DNA of 64,000 nucleotides from Acidimicrobiia bacterium (lineage in GTDB: Bacteria; Actinomycetota; Acidimicrobiia; Spongiisociales; UBA11373): contig JBFFRY010000010.1 in assembly GCA_041572755.1 (NCBI GenBank), positions 2,269 through 66,268 of the forward strand. Reading direction: 5' to 3'. Positions 25,768 to 36,333 of this stretch are shown here, piece after piece. How positions within the stretch are numbered: position 1 is the first letter of the stretch; the number at the start of each line of letters is the position of its first letter. Position numbers and translations under genes: made by a program. Below the pieces are notes generated by a model. The model was not told the origin of the DNA and searched no databases. It was given only the letters and a program-made list of their open reading frames with translations.

Positions 25768-27519
25768 CTAGCGAACGACCGCCAACACCTGTCCGGCGGT
25801 CACCTTGTCGCCCGGCTGGACCCGGAGATCGATGATCTCCCCGTTGGCCGGCGCCCGGATCTCGTTCTCCATCTTCATCGCCTCGAGGATGAAGAGCGGA
25901 TCGTTGACGCCGACGGCTTCACCGGCCTTGCGGTGCACCTTGACGATGGTGCCCTGCATGGGGGCGGTGACGACCCCCTCCTCCTCGGAGGTGGGCAGCG
26001 GTTTCGACAGTTTCGGCGGCCGTCGTGACGGGGCGGCACGTCGGCCGGTGCCCGAAGCCGCTCCGGGGACTTCCGGAGCCCACAGGCGAACCACATAGCG
26101 GCGGCCGCCCACCTCGACGGTCATGGCCCGCTCGCTCAGGGCCTCCTCCTCGGGCAGCACCGGAGCCGCCGGTTGGGTGAGGTCGCTGAGATCCATCTCC
26201 TCCTCGACCGTGCGGGTGTGGTGGGTGCCCCGACAGAACGCCTCCGTCCTGATGGCCCGGCAGTGGAAGGGGATGGTGGTCGAGACGCCGGTGATCTTGA
26301 ACTCGCCCAGGGCCCGCTGCGCCCGCTCGACCGCCTCGTTGCGGTCCCGGCCCCACACCACCAGCTTGGCGATCAGGTTGTCGTAGTACTGGCTGATCGC
26401 CGAACCGGCCCGAACGCCGCTGTCGACCCGGATCCCGAACCCCCCCGGCTCGCGGTACTCGATGATCTGGCCCGGGTTGGGCAGGAAGTTGCGAGCGGGG
26501 TCCTCGGCGTTGATCCGGAACTCGATGGCATGCCCCCTCGCCTCGACGCCGTCGAAGGAGAGAGGTTCGCCCATGGCGACCCGCAGCTGCTCTCGGGCCA
26601 GGTCGATCCCGGTCACCATCTCGGTGATGGTGTGCTCGACCTGGAGGCGGGTGTTCATCTCGAGGAAGTAGAAGTGACCGTCGGCGTCCATGAGGAACTC
26701 GACGGTGCCGGCGTTGACGTACCCGGCGGCTTCGGCGACCGCCAGGGCCGCTTTCCCGAGCGCCTTGCGCTGCTTGTCGTCGATCGCCGGCGACGGGGTC
26801 TCCTCGATGAGCTTCTGATGGCGGCGCTGCAGCGAGCAATCCCGCTCTCCGAGGAACACGGCGTTGCCGTGGGTGTCCACGATGATCTGAGCCTCGATGT
26901 GGCGGGGATCCACCAGGAACCGCTCGACGTACACCTCGGGGTTGGCGAAATAGGTGTCGGCCTCCCGCCGGGCCCCCTCGAAGGCCTTCTCTACTTCTCC
27001 CTCCTCGTGCACGATGCGGAGGCCCTTGCCGCCTCCTCCGTGGGCCGCCTTGATGGCGATCGGGTAGCCGAACTCGGCTGCGGCCGCCCGAACCTCCTCG
27101 ACCGTCTCGAGCGGGTCGAGGGTTCCGGGAACCCCCGACACCCCGGCCTGCTCCACCGCCCGGCGCGACGAGATCTTGTCGCCCATCATGGCGATCGCCT
27201 CCGCCGGCGGGCCGACCCAGGTGAGGCCGGCTTCGATGACTCGGCGGGCGAAGTCGGCGTTCTCCGCCAGGAACCCGTAGCCCGGGTGCACCGCGTGGGC
27301 GCCGGCCTCGGCCGCCACCCGGAGGATGGCGTCGATGTTGAGGTAGGACTCGGCGGCGGGGGCGGGTCCTATGTTCCACGCCTCATCGGCCACCTCGACG
27401 TGGAGGGCGTCGCGGTCGAGCTCGGAGTAGACCGCGATCGTGCGCAGGCCCATCTCCTTGGCGGCCCGGATGACCCGGACCGCGATCTCCCCGCGATTGG
27501 CGACGAGCACCGATTCCAT
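25768..27519 (-). CDS. bccA: Acyl-CoA carboxylase alpha subunit (biotin carboxylase plus BCCP)
   Basis: VLVANRGEIA, HPGYGFLAEN, HGGGGKG, ERDCSLQRRHQK, EMNTRLQVEH and biotinyl motif EAMKM. Confidence 0.93.
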   Translation of the reverse strand: MESVLVANRGEIAVRVIRAAKEMGLRTIAVYSELDRDALHVEVADEAWNIGPAPAAESYLNIDAILRVAAEAGAHAVHPGYGFLAENADFARRVIEAGLTWVGPPAEAIAMMGDKISSRRAVEQAGVSGVPGTLDPLETVEEVRAAAAEFGYPIAIKAAHGGGGKGLRIVHEEGEVEKAFEGARREADTYFANPEVYVERFLVDPRHIEAQIIVDTHGNAVFLGERDCSLQRRHQKLIEETPSPAIDDKQRKALGKAALAVAEAAGYVNAGTVEFLMDADGHFYFLEMNTRLQVEHTITEMVTGIDLAREQLRVAMGEPLSFDGVEARGHAIEFRINAEDPARNFLPNPGQIIEYREPGGFGIRVDSGVRAGSAISQYYDNLIAKLVVWGRDRNEAVERAQRALGEFKITGVSTTIPFHCRAIRTEAFCRGTHHTRTVEEEMDLSDLTQPAAPVLPEEEALSERAMTVEVGGRRYVVRLWAPEVPGAASGTGRRAAPSRRPPKLSKPLPTSEEEGVVTAPMQGTIVKVHRKAGEAVGVNDPLFILEAMKMENEIRAPANGEIIDLRVQPGDKVTAGQVLAVVR

Positions 27520-27563
27520 AGGCGGCATGCTAGAGAGGCGGCGCCGCGCTCACCTCTCCGACG

Positions 27564-29651
27564 CTAGGGCAACTCGCAGTTGCTGACCGTCTCGCCTTCC
27601 TCGCAATAGTCGCCGCTTCCGGCGCCGCCGTTGAGGATGTCCGTGCCATTGCCGCCGTCGAGCGTGTCGTCGTCGGCACCGCCGTTGAGCCGGTCGTTGC
27701 CGTCACCTCCGACGAGGCTGTCGGCACCGGCCAGTCCGGAGAGCGAGTTGTTCAGGTTGTCGCCGATTATCTGGTCGTCGAAGCGAGTGCCCACGACCGA
27801 CTCGATCGTGGTGGCCCGCTCCATGAGCCCGCCGCCGATGAAGAACGAGTCCGTGGCGGCCAAGTCGACGAGGGCGCCTGCCGGGTTCTTCCTGAGGTTG
27901 AGGAGGTCGCTGCCGGGCCCCCCGTCGTGCTCGTCGATGCCGGGTCCGTCGATGTGCTTGTCCCTGCCCCGGCCGCCTCGGGTGACGTCGTCGCCGTCGC
28001 CGTCGATCAGCTTGTCCTTGCCGGCGCCGCCGTCGAGGGAGTCGTTGCCGTCCTGACCCTTGATGGTGTCGTTGCCTCTCCCTCCGAAGACGATGTCGTT
28101 GCCGGACCCCGCCTTGACTCTGTCGTTCCCATCGCCGGCGCACACGACGTCGTCACCGTCCCCGGAGTTGATCTTGTTGTTGAGGTCGTTGCCGAGGATG
28201 ACGTCGTTGCCGGCGGTCCCGTTGATGATCACGTCGGTCGGACCGGCCACGATGGTGGCCGGCAGGCCGTTGCACAGCTGGGCGATCAGCTCGTATGCCC
28301 CCGAATCGCAGGGCAGATTGCGGGTGCGGTCCCGCTGATCCCGGGTGACGTTGGCGTCGACCACCCCATCGCCGTCGGTGTCGGCCTTGCAGTTGCCCAG
28401 GGGGATGTTGTTCACCGCCGGGCTGCCGGCGGTCAGTGCGTGGGTCTCGGTGCCGCCCCCGTTGTCGGCCAATGGCTGCAGACTCACGACGGCCGAGGGC
28501 TGGTCGTTGGCCCCGCTCAGACCGCAGGTGTTGTCCGAGTCGAGGTTGTAGTCCCCTGAGGTGATCGCGAAGCCGGCACAGTCGCTGCCCGACGCCTGGT
28601 CGGCGACGATCGAGTTGCGCATCGTGATCGCCCCTCCGGTGCCGAACGCGGTCCCTTCGTTGTAGATCCCGGCCCCGGCCAGAGTCGACTCGTTGTCCGA
28701 GATGGTCACGTTGTTGAGGGTGATGGATCCCAGCCGGGAGTTGAAGACGGCGCCCCCACCGAAGAAGGGAGGTGCGTCGAGCGTGAAGGCCACGTTCCCG
28801 GAGAACGTCGAATTGGTGATCACCGTGTCGCCGACGTTGACGAGGCCCCCGCCGTATCCGTCGGATTGGTTGGCGCTGATGGTGGAGTTCGTGATGGTGA
28901 GGTCGCCGGTCAGTTGGTTGGCGATGCCGGCCCCGGCGGGACCGAGCCCGGCGAAGGCCAGCGGGGTGTAGTTGTCGTGGATGGTGGTGCCGTGGATCGT
29001 GGTGGTGCCCTGGTTGTGGATGCCACCACCGGCCCGGGCCCCGTTGTTCTCGAAACGGGAGTCGACGATCGTCACGTTGGCGCCCGCCGCCACATAGAGG
29101 CCACCGCCGGCACCATCTGGGGCGAGCACCGTGTCGGCGCCGTTGCTCAGCACATCGACGCGACGCATCCTCAGGGTCCCGCTGGTCCAGATCCCCCCGC
29201 CGTTGTCGAGCGAGAAGTTCTGGGACACCTCGACGTCCTGAAGGTTGAGGGTCCCTTCGTTGTGGATGCCGCCCCCTTGGGTGGCGTTGATACCCCCCGT
29301 GATCTTGAGATCGAGGATCGATGCGGTGACCCCGGCCTGGACCGTCACCACGGTGGTTCCTCCCTGAACGAGGGTGGTGGCGGTCTTCCCGGACCCCCGC
29401 AGCGTCAGATTCCGGTCCACGGTCACCTGCCCGGCGTAGGTACCGGCCGAGATGTTGATGGTGTCCCCAGCCGATGACCCATTGATGGCGTCCTGAACGG
29501 TGCAATAGACCGGGCCGGTCGCATTGCACGCCGGGTTGGCCTGGTCGACCGTCAGGGTGGCGGCGCGTGCCGGAGCCGCCACGAAGGCGACCAGCAGGCC
29601 GGCTATGAGCGTGTTGGTGAGCAGGAATGAGAGGGGCTTGGTGATCCGCAT
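27564..29651 (-). CDS. Secreted beta-helix / choice-of-anchor-Q protein with C-terminal RTX-like Ca-binding repeats (adhesin or S-layer-like)
   Basis: Signal peptide ending PARA-A; GGGI.N.GTL repeats; LADNGGGTETHAL..GSPA; DQR..R...CDSGAYE; many GGxGxD nonapeptides. Confidence 0.8.
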   Translation of the reverse strand: MRITKPLSFLLTNTLIAGLLVAFVAAPARAATLTVDQANPACNATGPVYCTVQDAINGSSAGDTINISAGTYAGQVTVDRNLTLRGSGKTATTLVQGGTTVVTVQAGVTASILDLKITGGINATQGGGIHNEGTLNLQDVEVSQNFSLDNGGGIWTSGTLRMRRVDVLSNGADTVLAPDGAGGGLYVAAGANVTIVDSRFENNGARAGGGIHNQGTTTIHGTTIHDNYTPLAFAGLGPAGAGIANQLTGDLTITNSTISANQSDGYGGGLVNVGDTVITNSTFSGNVAFTLDAPPFFGGGAVFNSRLGSITLNNVTISDNESTLAGAGIYNEGTAFGTGGAITMRNSIVADQASGSDCAGFAITSGDYNLDSDNTCGLSGANDQPSAVVSLQPLADNGGGTETHALTAGSPAVNNIPLGNCKADTDGDGVVDANVTRDQRDRTRNLPCDSGAYELIAQLCNGLPATIVAGPTDVIINGTAGNDVILGNDLNNKINSGDGDDVVCAGDGNDRVKAGSGNDIVFGGRGNDTIKGQDGNDSLDGGAGKDKLIDGDGDDVTRGGRGRDKHIDGPGIDEHDGGPGSDLLNLRKNPAGALVDLAATDSFFIGGGLMERATTIESVVGTRFDDQIIGDNLNNSLSGLAGADSLVGGDGNDRLNGGADDDTLDGGNGTDILNGGAGSGDYCEEGETVSNCELP

Positions 29652-29726
29652 CGGCCGGAGGGTAATCATGCGCCTTTCGATAGGCATGCCCTCTGTTTCA
29701 CAAGCAGGAGGCGAAGCGGGGTCTCG

Positions 29727-31277
29727 CTACAGCGGGATGTTGCCGTGCTTCTTGGGGGGCAACTGGGTGCGCTTGGTGCGCAGCATGTCGAGGGCCTGGA
29801 TGAGGAGCGGCCGGGTCTCCCGTGGCTCGATCACCTCGTCGATGAGGCCTCGCTCGGCGGCGATGTAGGGGTTGGAGAAGGTGTCCTCGTACTCCTGGAT
29901 CAGTTCGCTGCGGCGGGCATTGCCGTCCTCGGCTTCGGCGATGGTGCGGCGATGGATGATGTTGACCGCCCCCTGGGCCCCCATCACCGCGATCTGGGCG
30001 GTGGGCCAGGCAAAGGAGATGTCGGCCCCCACGGAGCGGGAGTTCATCACGACGTAGGCGCCTCCGTAGGCCTTGCGGGTGATCACCGTGATGCGGGGCA
30101 CGGTGGCCTCGCAGTAGGCGTAGAGGAGTTTGGCGCCGTGGCGGATGATTCCGCCATGCTCCTGGTCGACCCCGGGCAGGAAGCCGGGGACGTCGACGAA
30201 GGTCACGATCGGGATGTTGAAGGCGTCGCAGAACCTGACGAAGCGGGCTCCTTTGGTCGATGCGTCGATGTCGAGCGTGCCGGCGAGCACCGCCGGTTGG
30301 TTGCCGACCACGCCGACCGTGTAGCCGTCGAGACGGGCGAACCCCACCACGATGTTGCGGGCGAAGTGCTGGTGCACCTCGTAGAACTCCCCGTCGTCGA
30401 CCACCAACTCGATCAGCTCCACCATGTCGTAGGGCTGGTTGGGGGAGTCGGGGATGATCTCGGTGAGGCCCTCCTCCATGCGGTCGGGATCGTCGGTCGG
30501 CGTGAAGAACGGCGGCGCCTCCATGTTGTTCTGCGGCAGGAAGGACAGCAGGTAGCGCACCTCTTCGAGAGCGTGCCGCCCATCGCTCGACATGAAGTGG
30601 GTGACACCGGACACGGTCCCGTGCGGTTTGGCCCCTCCGAGCTCCTCGAAGGAGACCTCCTCACCGGTGACCTCGCGGATCACGTCGGGTCCGGTGATGA
30701 ACAGGTGGCTGGTTCCCGACACCTGGTACACGAAATCGGTCATCGCCGGTGAGTACACCGCCCCGCCGGCGCACGGCCCCATGATCACCGACACCTGGGG
30801 GATCACCCCGGACGCCTTCACGTTGCGGGCGAAGATGTGCCCGTAGGCGTCGAGTGAGAGCACCCCTTCCTGGATGCGGGCGCCGCCGGAGTCCTTGAGA
30901 CCGATCAGCGGCGCTCCGGTGTTCATCGCCAGATCCATCACCTTGACGATCTTGTCGCCGACCACCTCGCCGAGGCTGCCCCCGAAGACCGTGAAGTCCT
31001 CGGCGAAGACGAACACGGTGCGGCCGTCGACCGTGCCCCAGCCCGTCACCACCGCGTCCCCGGCGGGACGGCGGTCCTCGATCCCGAAACCCTGGGCCCG
31101 GTGGCGGGCGAACATGTCGAGCTCGACGAAGGATCCCTTGTCGAGGAGGGCCTCGATGCGTTCCCGGGCCGTCATCTTCCCGGCCTCGTGCTGCTTGTCG
31201 ACGGCGCGTTGGCTGCCGGCGTGCTCCGCCTCATCACGCAGCTGCCGGAGACGCTCGATCTGCTCCTCGGTGCTCAC
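29727..31277 (-). CDS. pccB: Acyl-CoA (propionyl-CoA) carboxylase beta subunit
   Basis: [65 protein letters not shown]. Confidence 0.93.
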   Translation of the reverse strand: MSTEEQIERLRQLRDEAEHAGSQRAVDKQHEAGKMTARERIEALLDKGSFVELDMFARHRAQGFGIEDRRPAGDAVVTGWGTVDGRTVFVFAEDFTVFGGSLGEVVGDKIVKVMDLAMNTGAPLIGLKDSGGARIQEGVLSLDAYGHIFARNVKASGVIPQVSVIMGPCAGGAVYSPAMTDFVYQVSGTSHLFITGPDVIREVTGEEVSFEELGGAKPHGTVSGVTHFMSSDGRHALEEVRYLLSFLPQNNMEAPPFFTPTDDPDRMEEGLTEIIPDSPNQPYDMVELIELVVDDGEFYEVHQHFARNIVVGFARLDGYTVGVVGNQPAVLAGTLDIDASTKGARFVRFCDAFNIPIVTFVDVPGFLPGVDQEHGGIIRHGAKLLYAYCEATVPRITVITRKAYGGAYVVMNSRSVGADISFAWPTAQIAVMGAQGAVNIIHRRTIAEAEDGNARRSELIQEYEDTFSNPYIAAERGLIDEVIEPRETRPLLIQALDMLRTKRTQLPPKKHGNIPL

Positions 31278-31324
31278 GGATTCCTCATTAGTGTCGGTAA
31301 TCGTTCGACTCGCGAAGGGAGCCG

Positions 31325-31987
31325 ATGGCTACACCTTACGTGGTGATCGACCTGGCCTCCGCGGCGTCCACTCAGGACGAAGCCGCATCTCGCTTCGAGG
31401 GTGAACCCTTGCTGGTGGTTGCTCGGGTCCAGCGGTCCGGACGGGGCCGTTCGGGCCGGGAGTGGGTCCATGCCCCCCGGGCTCTCGCTGCGTCGGTGGC
31501 CCTCCAACCCGGTTGGGCTCCGGAGCGGTGGGGCCCCTTGCCGCTCGTCGCCGGGCTTGCCGCTCGCGACGCCCTCGGGTCGGATGTCTCGCTCAAGTGG
31601 CCCAACGACCTGCTGATCGGCCCCGCCAAGGTGGGCGGCATCCTCACCGAGGCATCGGGAAGCGTGGCGATCATCGGGCTCGGCGTGAACCTGTGGTGGC
31701 CGGAGCCGATCGAAGGGGCCGGAGCGCTGTCTTCCGAGGATCCCGGAGCGGAGGCCGCTCCCTTGATGGCTCACACGTGGGCTGCACGACTCTTGGATCG
31801 CATCGGCGCCGGCCCCGATGCCTGGGGCCGAGAAGAATACGCATCATGCTGCAGCACGGTCGGGGAGGAGATCACCTGGGAGCCCGGGGGTCGCGGGAAG
31901 GCCACGGGGATCGGGCCCGATGGGGAGCTGGTCGTCGACGGTGGGCGGATCGAGCTGCGCTCCGGCGAGGTCCGCTCGGTGCGGTGA
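31325..31987 (+). CDS. birA: Biotin-protein ligase (no HTH domain)
   Basis: [37 protein letters not shown]. Divergent from pccB. Confidence 0.88.
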   Translation: MATPYVVIDLASAASTQDEAASRFEGEPLLVVARVQRSGRGRSGREWVHAPRALAASVALQPGWAPERWGPLPLVAGLAARDALGSDVSLKWPNDLLIGPAKVGGILTEASGSVAIIGLGVNLWWPEPIEGAGALSSEDPGAEAAPLMAHTWAARLLDRIGAGPDAWGREEYASCCSTVGEEITWEPGGRGKATGIGPDGELVVDGGRIELRSGEVRSVR

Positions 31988-32012
31988 AGGGTCGCTACCC
32001 TTCCGCGTCGTC

Positions 32013-32675
32013 ATGAGCGTGCTCAAAGGCGAAGGCCGCAACGTCATTCTCTACGGCTCGACGGCCGTGCCGACGGTCCGTCCCCTGCCTCTCTACTCGG
32101 CCCGGCCGGACGTCGGCGGACGCCACCGGGTTGTGGCGGTGGCCCGCGAGTCCATCACCCCCTCGACCAAAGCGTTGTGTCGGCGTCTGGCCCGGCATGG
32201 GGTCGGGGTCGTGTGCCCCGACCTCTCCGGCGGCGGAACCGGCGAGGACCCGGCGGCGGAGCGGGTTGCCGCCGGTCTCGAGACGGCGTTCGACTTCGCC
32301 GTCGGATCCGGCTGGGGAGCGAGCACGGGAGGGGCCATGCTCGGGATCGGCGCGGCCGGGGCGGCTGCCCTGAGACGGGTTCCCGACTTCGTGGAGCGAA
32401 TCGCAGTGCTGGCCGTCCCGCTCGGGTCGGCCGACGACAACGAGGCGCCGGCGGCGAGTCTCGCCGGCCTGGCCCGGCCGTTGCTCGGCCTCTACGGATC
32501 CGACGACGAGCAGGCTCCGGCCGACGACGTCAGGGCGCTCGGGTCGGTGACCGGGGAGTGGATCATCTACCCCGGCGCCGGCGCAGGGTTCTTCGACGAG
32601 GGCGCCGATTCGTATCTCCCGGAGGCGGCGGAAGACGCCTTCGACCGGGTTCTGAGGTTCCTCGGTGCCGGCTGA
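32013..32675 (+). CDS. Dienelactone hydrolase-fold protein with degenerate catalytic residues
   Basis: RRLARHG.GVVCPDL, PLLGLYGSDD, YPGAGAGFFD, Y.PEAAEDAFDRVLRFL. The nucleophile elbow reads GIGAAG. Confidence 0.75.
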   Translation: MSVLKGEGRNVILYGSTAVPTVRPLPLYSARPDVGGRHRVVAVARESITPSTKALCRRLARHGVGVVCPDLSGGGTGEDPAAERVAAGLETAFDFAVGSGWGASTGGAMLGIGAAGAAALRRVPDFVERIAVLAVPLGSADDNEAPAASLAGLARPLLGLYGSDDEQAPADDVRALGSVTGEWIIYPGAGAGFFDEGADSYLPEAAEDAFDRVLRFLGAG

Positions 32676-32714
32676 CCACAAATCGCCGATCCTCGCCTAC
32701 AATCCGCCCGGTTC

Positions 32715-34013
32715 ATGACGGCTCCTCCCCCCGCTCCTCCTCCCGCGCCCCAGCAGCGGTCCCGACCGTGGGTCCGTCGCGTGCTGATCGGGTTCCTCAT
32801 CGTCGCCAACGTGGGCATCTTTGGAGGCTTGGCGGCGGTGTGGCTGGCCGCCCGTCAGGTAACCGGGGCCATCTCCACGGTCCCGGCCGATGAGCTCGAT
32901 CTGGCCGACACGCCGAGCGACCTGGACGAACCGCGCACCTTCCTGCTGATCGGCAGCGACAGCCGTGAGGGCATCCCCGAGGACTTCACCAACCTCGGGA
33001 ACTTCCCGGGGCAGCGGGCGGATGTGATCATCCTCCTCCAGATCAACCCCGGGGAGAATCGGGTCCAGATGATCAGCCTGCCCCGCGACCTGCGAATCGT
33101 GGTCGACGATCGGGCCATGCGGATCAACGCAACGTTCAACGAGGGAGCCGGGGACATCCTCGACGCCGTCACAGAGTTCGCCGGTCTCCCCATTCACCAC
33201 TACCTGCAGGTCAATTTCGAAGGCTTTGCCCGCATCGTCGATGAGCTCGGCGGCATCGAGATGACCTTCCCCCACGCGGCCCGGGACCGGAAGTCGGGCT
33301 TCGAGGTCGAGGCGGGAAAGCAGACGATCGACGGGAAGCAGGCCTTGGCTCTGGCCCGTTCGAGGTCCTACCAGGAGTTCATCGACGGACGTTGGGTCTA
33401 CATCGACGCCAGCGACATCGGGCGCACCGGCCGCCAGCGGGATCTGCTCATGGCGATGTTCACCCAGCTCGAAGTGCCCACGTCGCTGGGTGGCTTCGGC
33501 AGCCTTGTGGAGGCGATCGGCCAGTTCGTCATCACCGATGAGGCCTTCGACGAGGACGACATCATCCAACTGGGCTGGGAGTTGCGGAACATCACCACGC
33601 GGGACATCGACTCGTTGACGCTGCCGGTGCAGATCTTCGAGGAGGGCGGGGTCTCCTACGTGATTCCCGTCGAGCCCGAGGCGACGCAGGCGCTCGCTGC
33701 TTTCCGCGACGGGGAGCCGTTCAGCGATACCGTGGTCGGCACTGCATCCGTCCAGGTGGAGAACGGCAACGGTCGGGAAGGAGCCGCCACCTCGATGGCG
33801 GCGATCCTCGAAGGAGCGGGGTACGTGATCGCCGGGACCACCAACTCGGGCCGCGAGGACTATGCGATCACCCAGGCGGTGGCCCGTCCTTCGAGGCTTT
33901 CCTTCGCCGAGGCGATCGTGGACTACCTCGGGTACGGGGAGGCGGTGGTCGGCAGTACCCCCTCCGGGGTCGATGTCGTCGTTATCGTCGGTCTCGATGC
34001 CCCCGCCTCCTGA
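32715..34013 (+). CDS. LCP (LytR-CpsA-Psr) glycopolymer transferase with LytR C-terminal domain
   Basis: N-terminal TM, LLIGSDSR, RADVI, SLPRDL, ALALARSR, DIGRTGRQ; C-terminal VENGNGREGAA and DVVVIVGLD. Confidence 0.9.
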   Translation: MTAPPPAPPPAPQQRSRPWVRRVLIGFLIVANVGIFGGLAAVWLAARQVTGAISTVPADELDLADTPSDLDEPRTFLLIGSDSREGIPEDFTNLGNFPGQRADVIILLQINPGENRVQMISLPRDLRIVVDDRAMRINATFNEGAGDILDAVTEFAGLPIHHYLQVNFEGFARIVDELGGIEMTFPHAARDRKSGFEVEAGKQTIDGKQALALARSRSYQEFIDGRWVYIDASDIGRTGRQRDLLMAMFTQLEVPTSLGGFGSLVEAIGQFVITDEAFDEDDIIQLGWELRNITTRDIDSLTLPVQIFEEGGVSYVIPVEPEATQALAAFRDGEPFSDTVVGTASVQVENGNGREGAATSMAAILEGAGYVIAGTTNSGREDYAITQAVARPSRLSFAEAIVDYLGYGEAVVGSTPSGVDVVVIVGLDAPAS

Positions 34014-35292
34014 GGCCGCCGCGAGACCCATTGCCGTCATCGGTGCCGGCCACGTCGGGCTCGTCACCGCAGTCGGTTTTGCCCATCACGGCCGTTCGGT
34101 TCGTCTCGGTGAGGCCGATGCCGAGCGGCTGGCCCTCCTCGAGTCGGGTCGGGTGCCGTTCAGTGAGCCGGGGCTCGCCGAGATCGTCGCCGCCGCGCTG
34201 AACGACGGCACGCTGACCGTTCACGGCGACAACGCCGATGCGGCGGCGGGCGCTGCCGCAGTGTTCATCGCGGTGCCCACACCTCCGGGAGGGGCGGGTG
34301 CCGCCGACCTGTCGATGGTGGATGCCGCGATTCGATCGATCGTCCCCGTGGTCGCTCCTCCGACCCCGATCGTGGTGAAGTCCTCGGTACCGCCGGGCTC
34401 CTGGGAGGGAATCACCCGAATACTCGTGGAGGCCGGCTGTGAGTGCCCTCTGGTGATCAACCCCGAGTTCCTCCAGGAGGGTCGGGCGGTCGCCGACGTG
34501 CTCGAGCCGGCGAGGGTGGTGGTGGGCGGCACCGACCCGGCTGCCGTCGAGTTGGTGGCTGAGCTGCATCGGCCGTTCGATGCTCCGGTGGTTCGGACCG
34601 ACCCGGCTTCGGCCGAGCTGGCCAAGTACGCCGCCAATGCCTACCTGGCCACCCGGATCTCCTTTGCCAACAGCGTGGCTCGGCTGGCCGCGACCTTCGG
34701 GGCCGATGTCGAGGACGTGCTGGAGGCCGTCGGCCTCGATCCGCGTATCGGCCGCCATTACTTCAAGCCGGGTCCGGGATACGGGGGTTCGTGCTTCCCC
34801 AAGGACCTCCCGGCGCTGGTCGCCGCCGCCGCCGATCGGGGGCTCGATCTCGGCCTCATCCGTGCCGTGGTCGACGCCAACGAGGTCCAGGCCGACTGGG
34901 TGATGACGATGATCACCGATGCCCTTCCCGAGGTGGCCGGCGCAGTCGTCGGTCAGCTCGGTCTCGCCTTCAAGGCGGGAACCGACGACGTGCGCACATC
35001 CCCGGCCGTCGGTCTCGCCGGCCGTCTCGTGGAGGCGGGGGCCGTGGTGCGGGCCTACGACCCCGAGGCCCGGGTGGCGATGGAGGGTGTGGAACAGGTT
35101 TCGGATGCGCTCGAGGCCGCCCGGGGCGCGGATCTCCTGCTGGTGGTCACCGAGTGGGAGGAGTTCGCCGACCTCGACCCCACCGATCTCGCCGAGGCGA
35201 TGCGGGGCACGATGGTGATCGATGCCCGCAACCTCCTCGATCCGGCGGCGGTGCGCAACGCCGGGCTCGAGTACCGGGGTCTGGGCCGATGA
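33997..35292 (+). CDS. ugd: UDP-glucose/GDP-mannose 6-dehydrogenase
   Basis: IGAGHVG, AVPTP, NPEFLQEG, AELAKYAAN, GPGYGGSCFPKD, GLAFKAGTDDVR. Confidence 0.9.
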   Translation: MPPPPEAAARPIAVIGAGHVGLVTAVGFAHHGRSVRLGEADAERLALLESGRVPFSEPGLAEIVAAALNDGTLTVHGDNADAAAGAAAVFIAVPTPPGGAGAADLSMVDAAIRSIVPVVAPPTPIVVKSSVPPGSWEGITRILVEAGCECPLVINPEFLQEGRAVADVLEPARVVVGGTDPAAVELVAELHRPFDAPVVRTDPASAELAKYAANAYLATRISFANSVARLAATFGADVEDVLEAVGLDPRIGRHYFKPGPGYGGSCFPKDLPALVAAAADRGLDLGLIRAVVDANEVQADWVMTMITDALPEVAGAVVGQLGLAFKAGTDDVRTSPAVGLAGRLVEAGAVVRAYDPEARVAMEGVEQVSDALEAARGADLLLVVTEWEEFADLDPTDLAEAMRGTMVIDARNLLDPAAVRNAGLEYRGLGR

Positions 35293-36323
35293 GGCAGGCG
35301 GTGCTTCTCGTGGGGGGCCGGGCCACCCGGGTGTGGCCCCTCAGCCACCGGATCCCCAAAGGCTTGCTGCCCGTGGCCGGGGTTCCCTTCATCGAGTACC
35401 AGCTGCGTCTGGTGGCCGGAGTCGGGGTGTCCGAGGTGGTGCTGGCGGTCGGACACCACCATCTCTCTGCCTGGGAGGATTACGTGGCCCGGTGGGACGG
35501 CACACCGTCGCTGAGCCTGTCCGTGGAGGAGGAGCCGCTCGACACCGGGGGACCGGTCGTCGAGACCCTCGATCGCCTCGACGACGAGTTCCTGGTGCTG
35601 AACGGCGATGTCGTCCTCGACGTCGACCTCGGGGTCCTGATCGAAGGAGCCCCCAAGGGGGCGGCGGCCACGATCGCGCTGGTCCGCGTCGAGGATCCCA
35701 GCGCCTACGGGGTGGTGGTCACCGGTGCCGACGGGCTGGTGGAGCGTTTCGTCGAGAAGCCCCCATCGGGGACCGCACCGGCCGACACGGTGAACGCCGG
35801 CATCTACGTGATGACTCGGGAAGCACTCGCCGACTACCCCCGGGGCCCCTTGTCCTTCGAGCGAGTGGTGTTCCCCGATCTCGCCGCAGGGCAGCGCTTG
35901 GGGGGTGTGGTCGTCGAAGGGACGTGGCTCGACATCGGCACTCCCGACCTGCTGCTGGAGACCAACGGGTTTGTGCTTCGGGGCGGCTCGACCCTCCACC
36001 GTCCCGAGTCTCCCCACGGCGGGACCGGCGGGATGCGAGATGGTGGCTGGAGTTGGGTGGCCCCCGGAGCAGAAGTCGCCGCCGATGCCGTGGTCGCCGA
36101 GTCGCTGGTGCTGGAGGGCGCCGTGGTCGAAGCGGGGGCGCAGATCCGGCGTGGCATCGTCGGATGGGAGGCAACGGTCGGCGCCGGCACCACGGTGACC
36201 GGCTCGGCGGTGGTCGGGCCGGGTGCGGTGATCGGCGCCGGGTGCGAATTCGACGCCGGTGTCCGGGTCGGCCCCGGCGCCCGGGTGTCGGACGGTTCGA
36301 TCACCTTCAACCCGCCCGACTGA
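35289..36323 (+). CDS. NDP-sugar pyrophosphorylase (mannose-1-phosphate guanylyltransferase-like) with hexapeptide C-terminus
   Basis: AVLLVGG.ATR..PL...PK, EPLDTGG, VLNGD, FVEKP, NAGIY, SFERVVFP, WLDIGTP. Confidence 0.87.
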   Translation: MRQAVLLVGGRATRVWPLSHRIPKGLLPVAGVPFIEYQLRLVAGVGVSEVVLAVGHHHLSAWEDYVARWDGTPSLSLSVEEEPLDTGGPVVETLDRLDDEFLVLNGDVVLDVDLGVLIEGAPKGAAATIALVRVEDPSAYGVVVTGADGLVERFVEKPPSGTAPADTVNAGIYVMTREALADYPRGPLSFERVVFPDLAAGQRLGGVVVEGTWLDIGTPDLLLETNGFVLRGGSTLHRPESPHGGTGGMRDGGWSWVAPGAEVAADAVVAESLVLEGAVVEAGAQIRRGIVGWEATVGAGTTVTGSAVVGPGAVIGAGCEFDAGVRVGPGARVSDGSITFNPPD

Positions 36324-36333
36324 GGAGAGATCG

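Noticed and set aside
27600-28260. RTX toxin or CRISPR-like repeat array
   Set aside because: The repeats are degenerate coding GGxGxD units in a Sec-signal protein, with no toxin domain, T1SS genes, spacers or cas genes.
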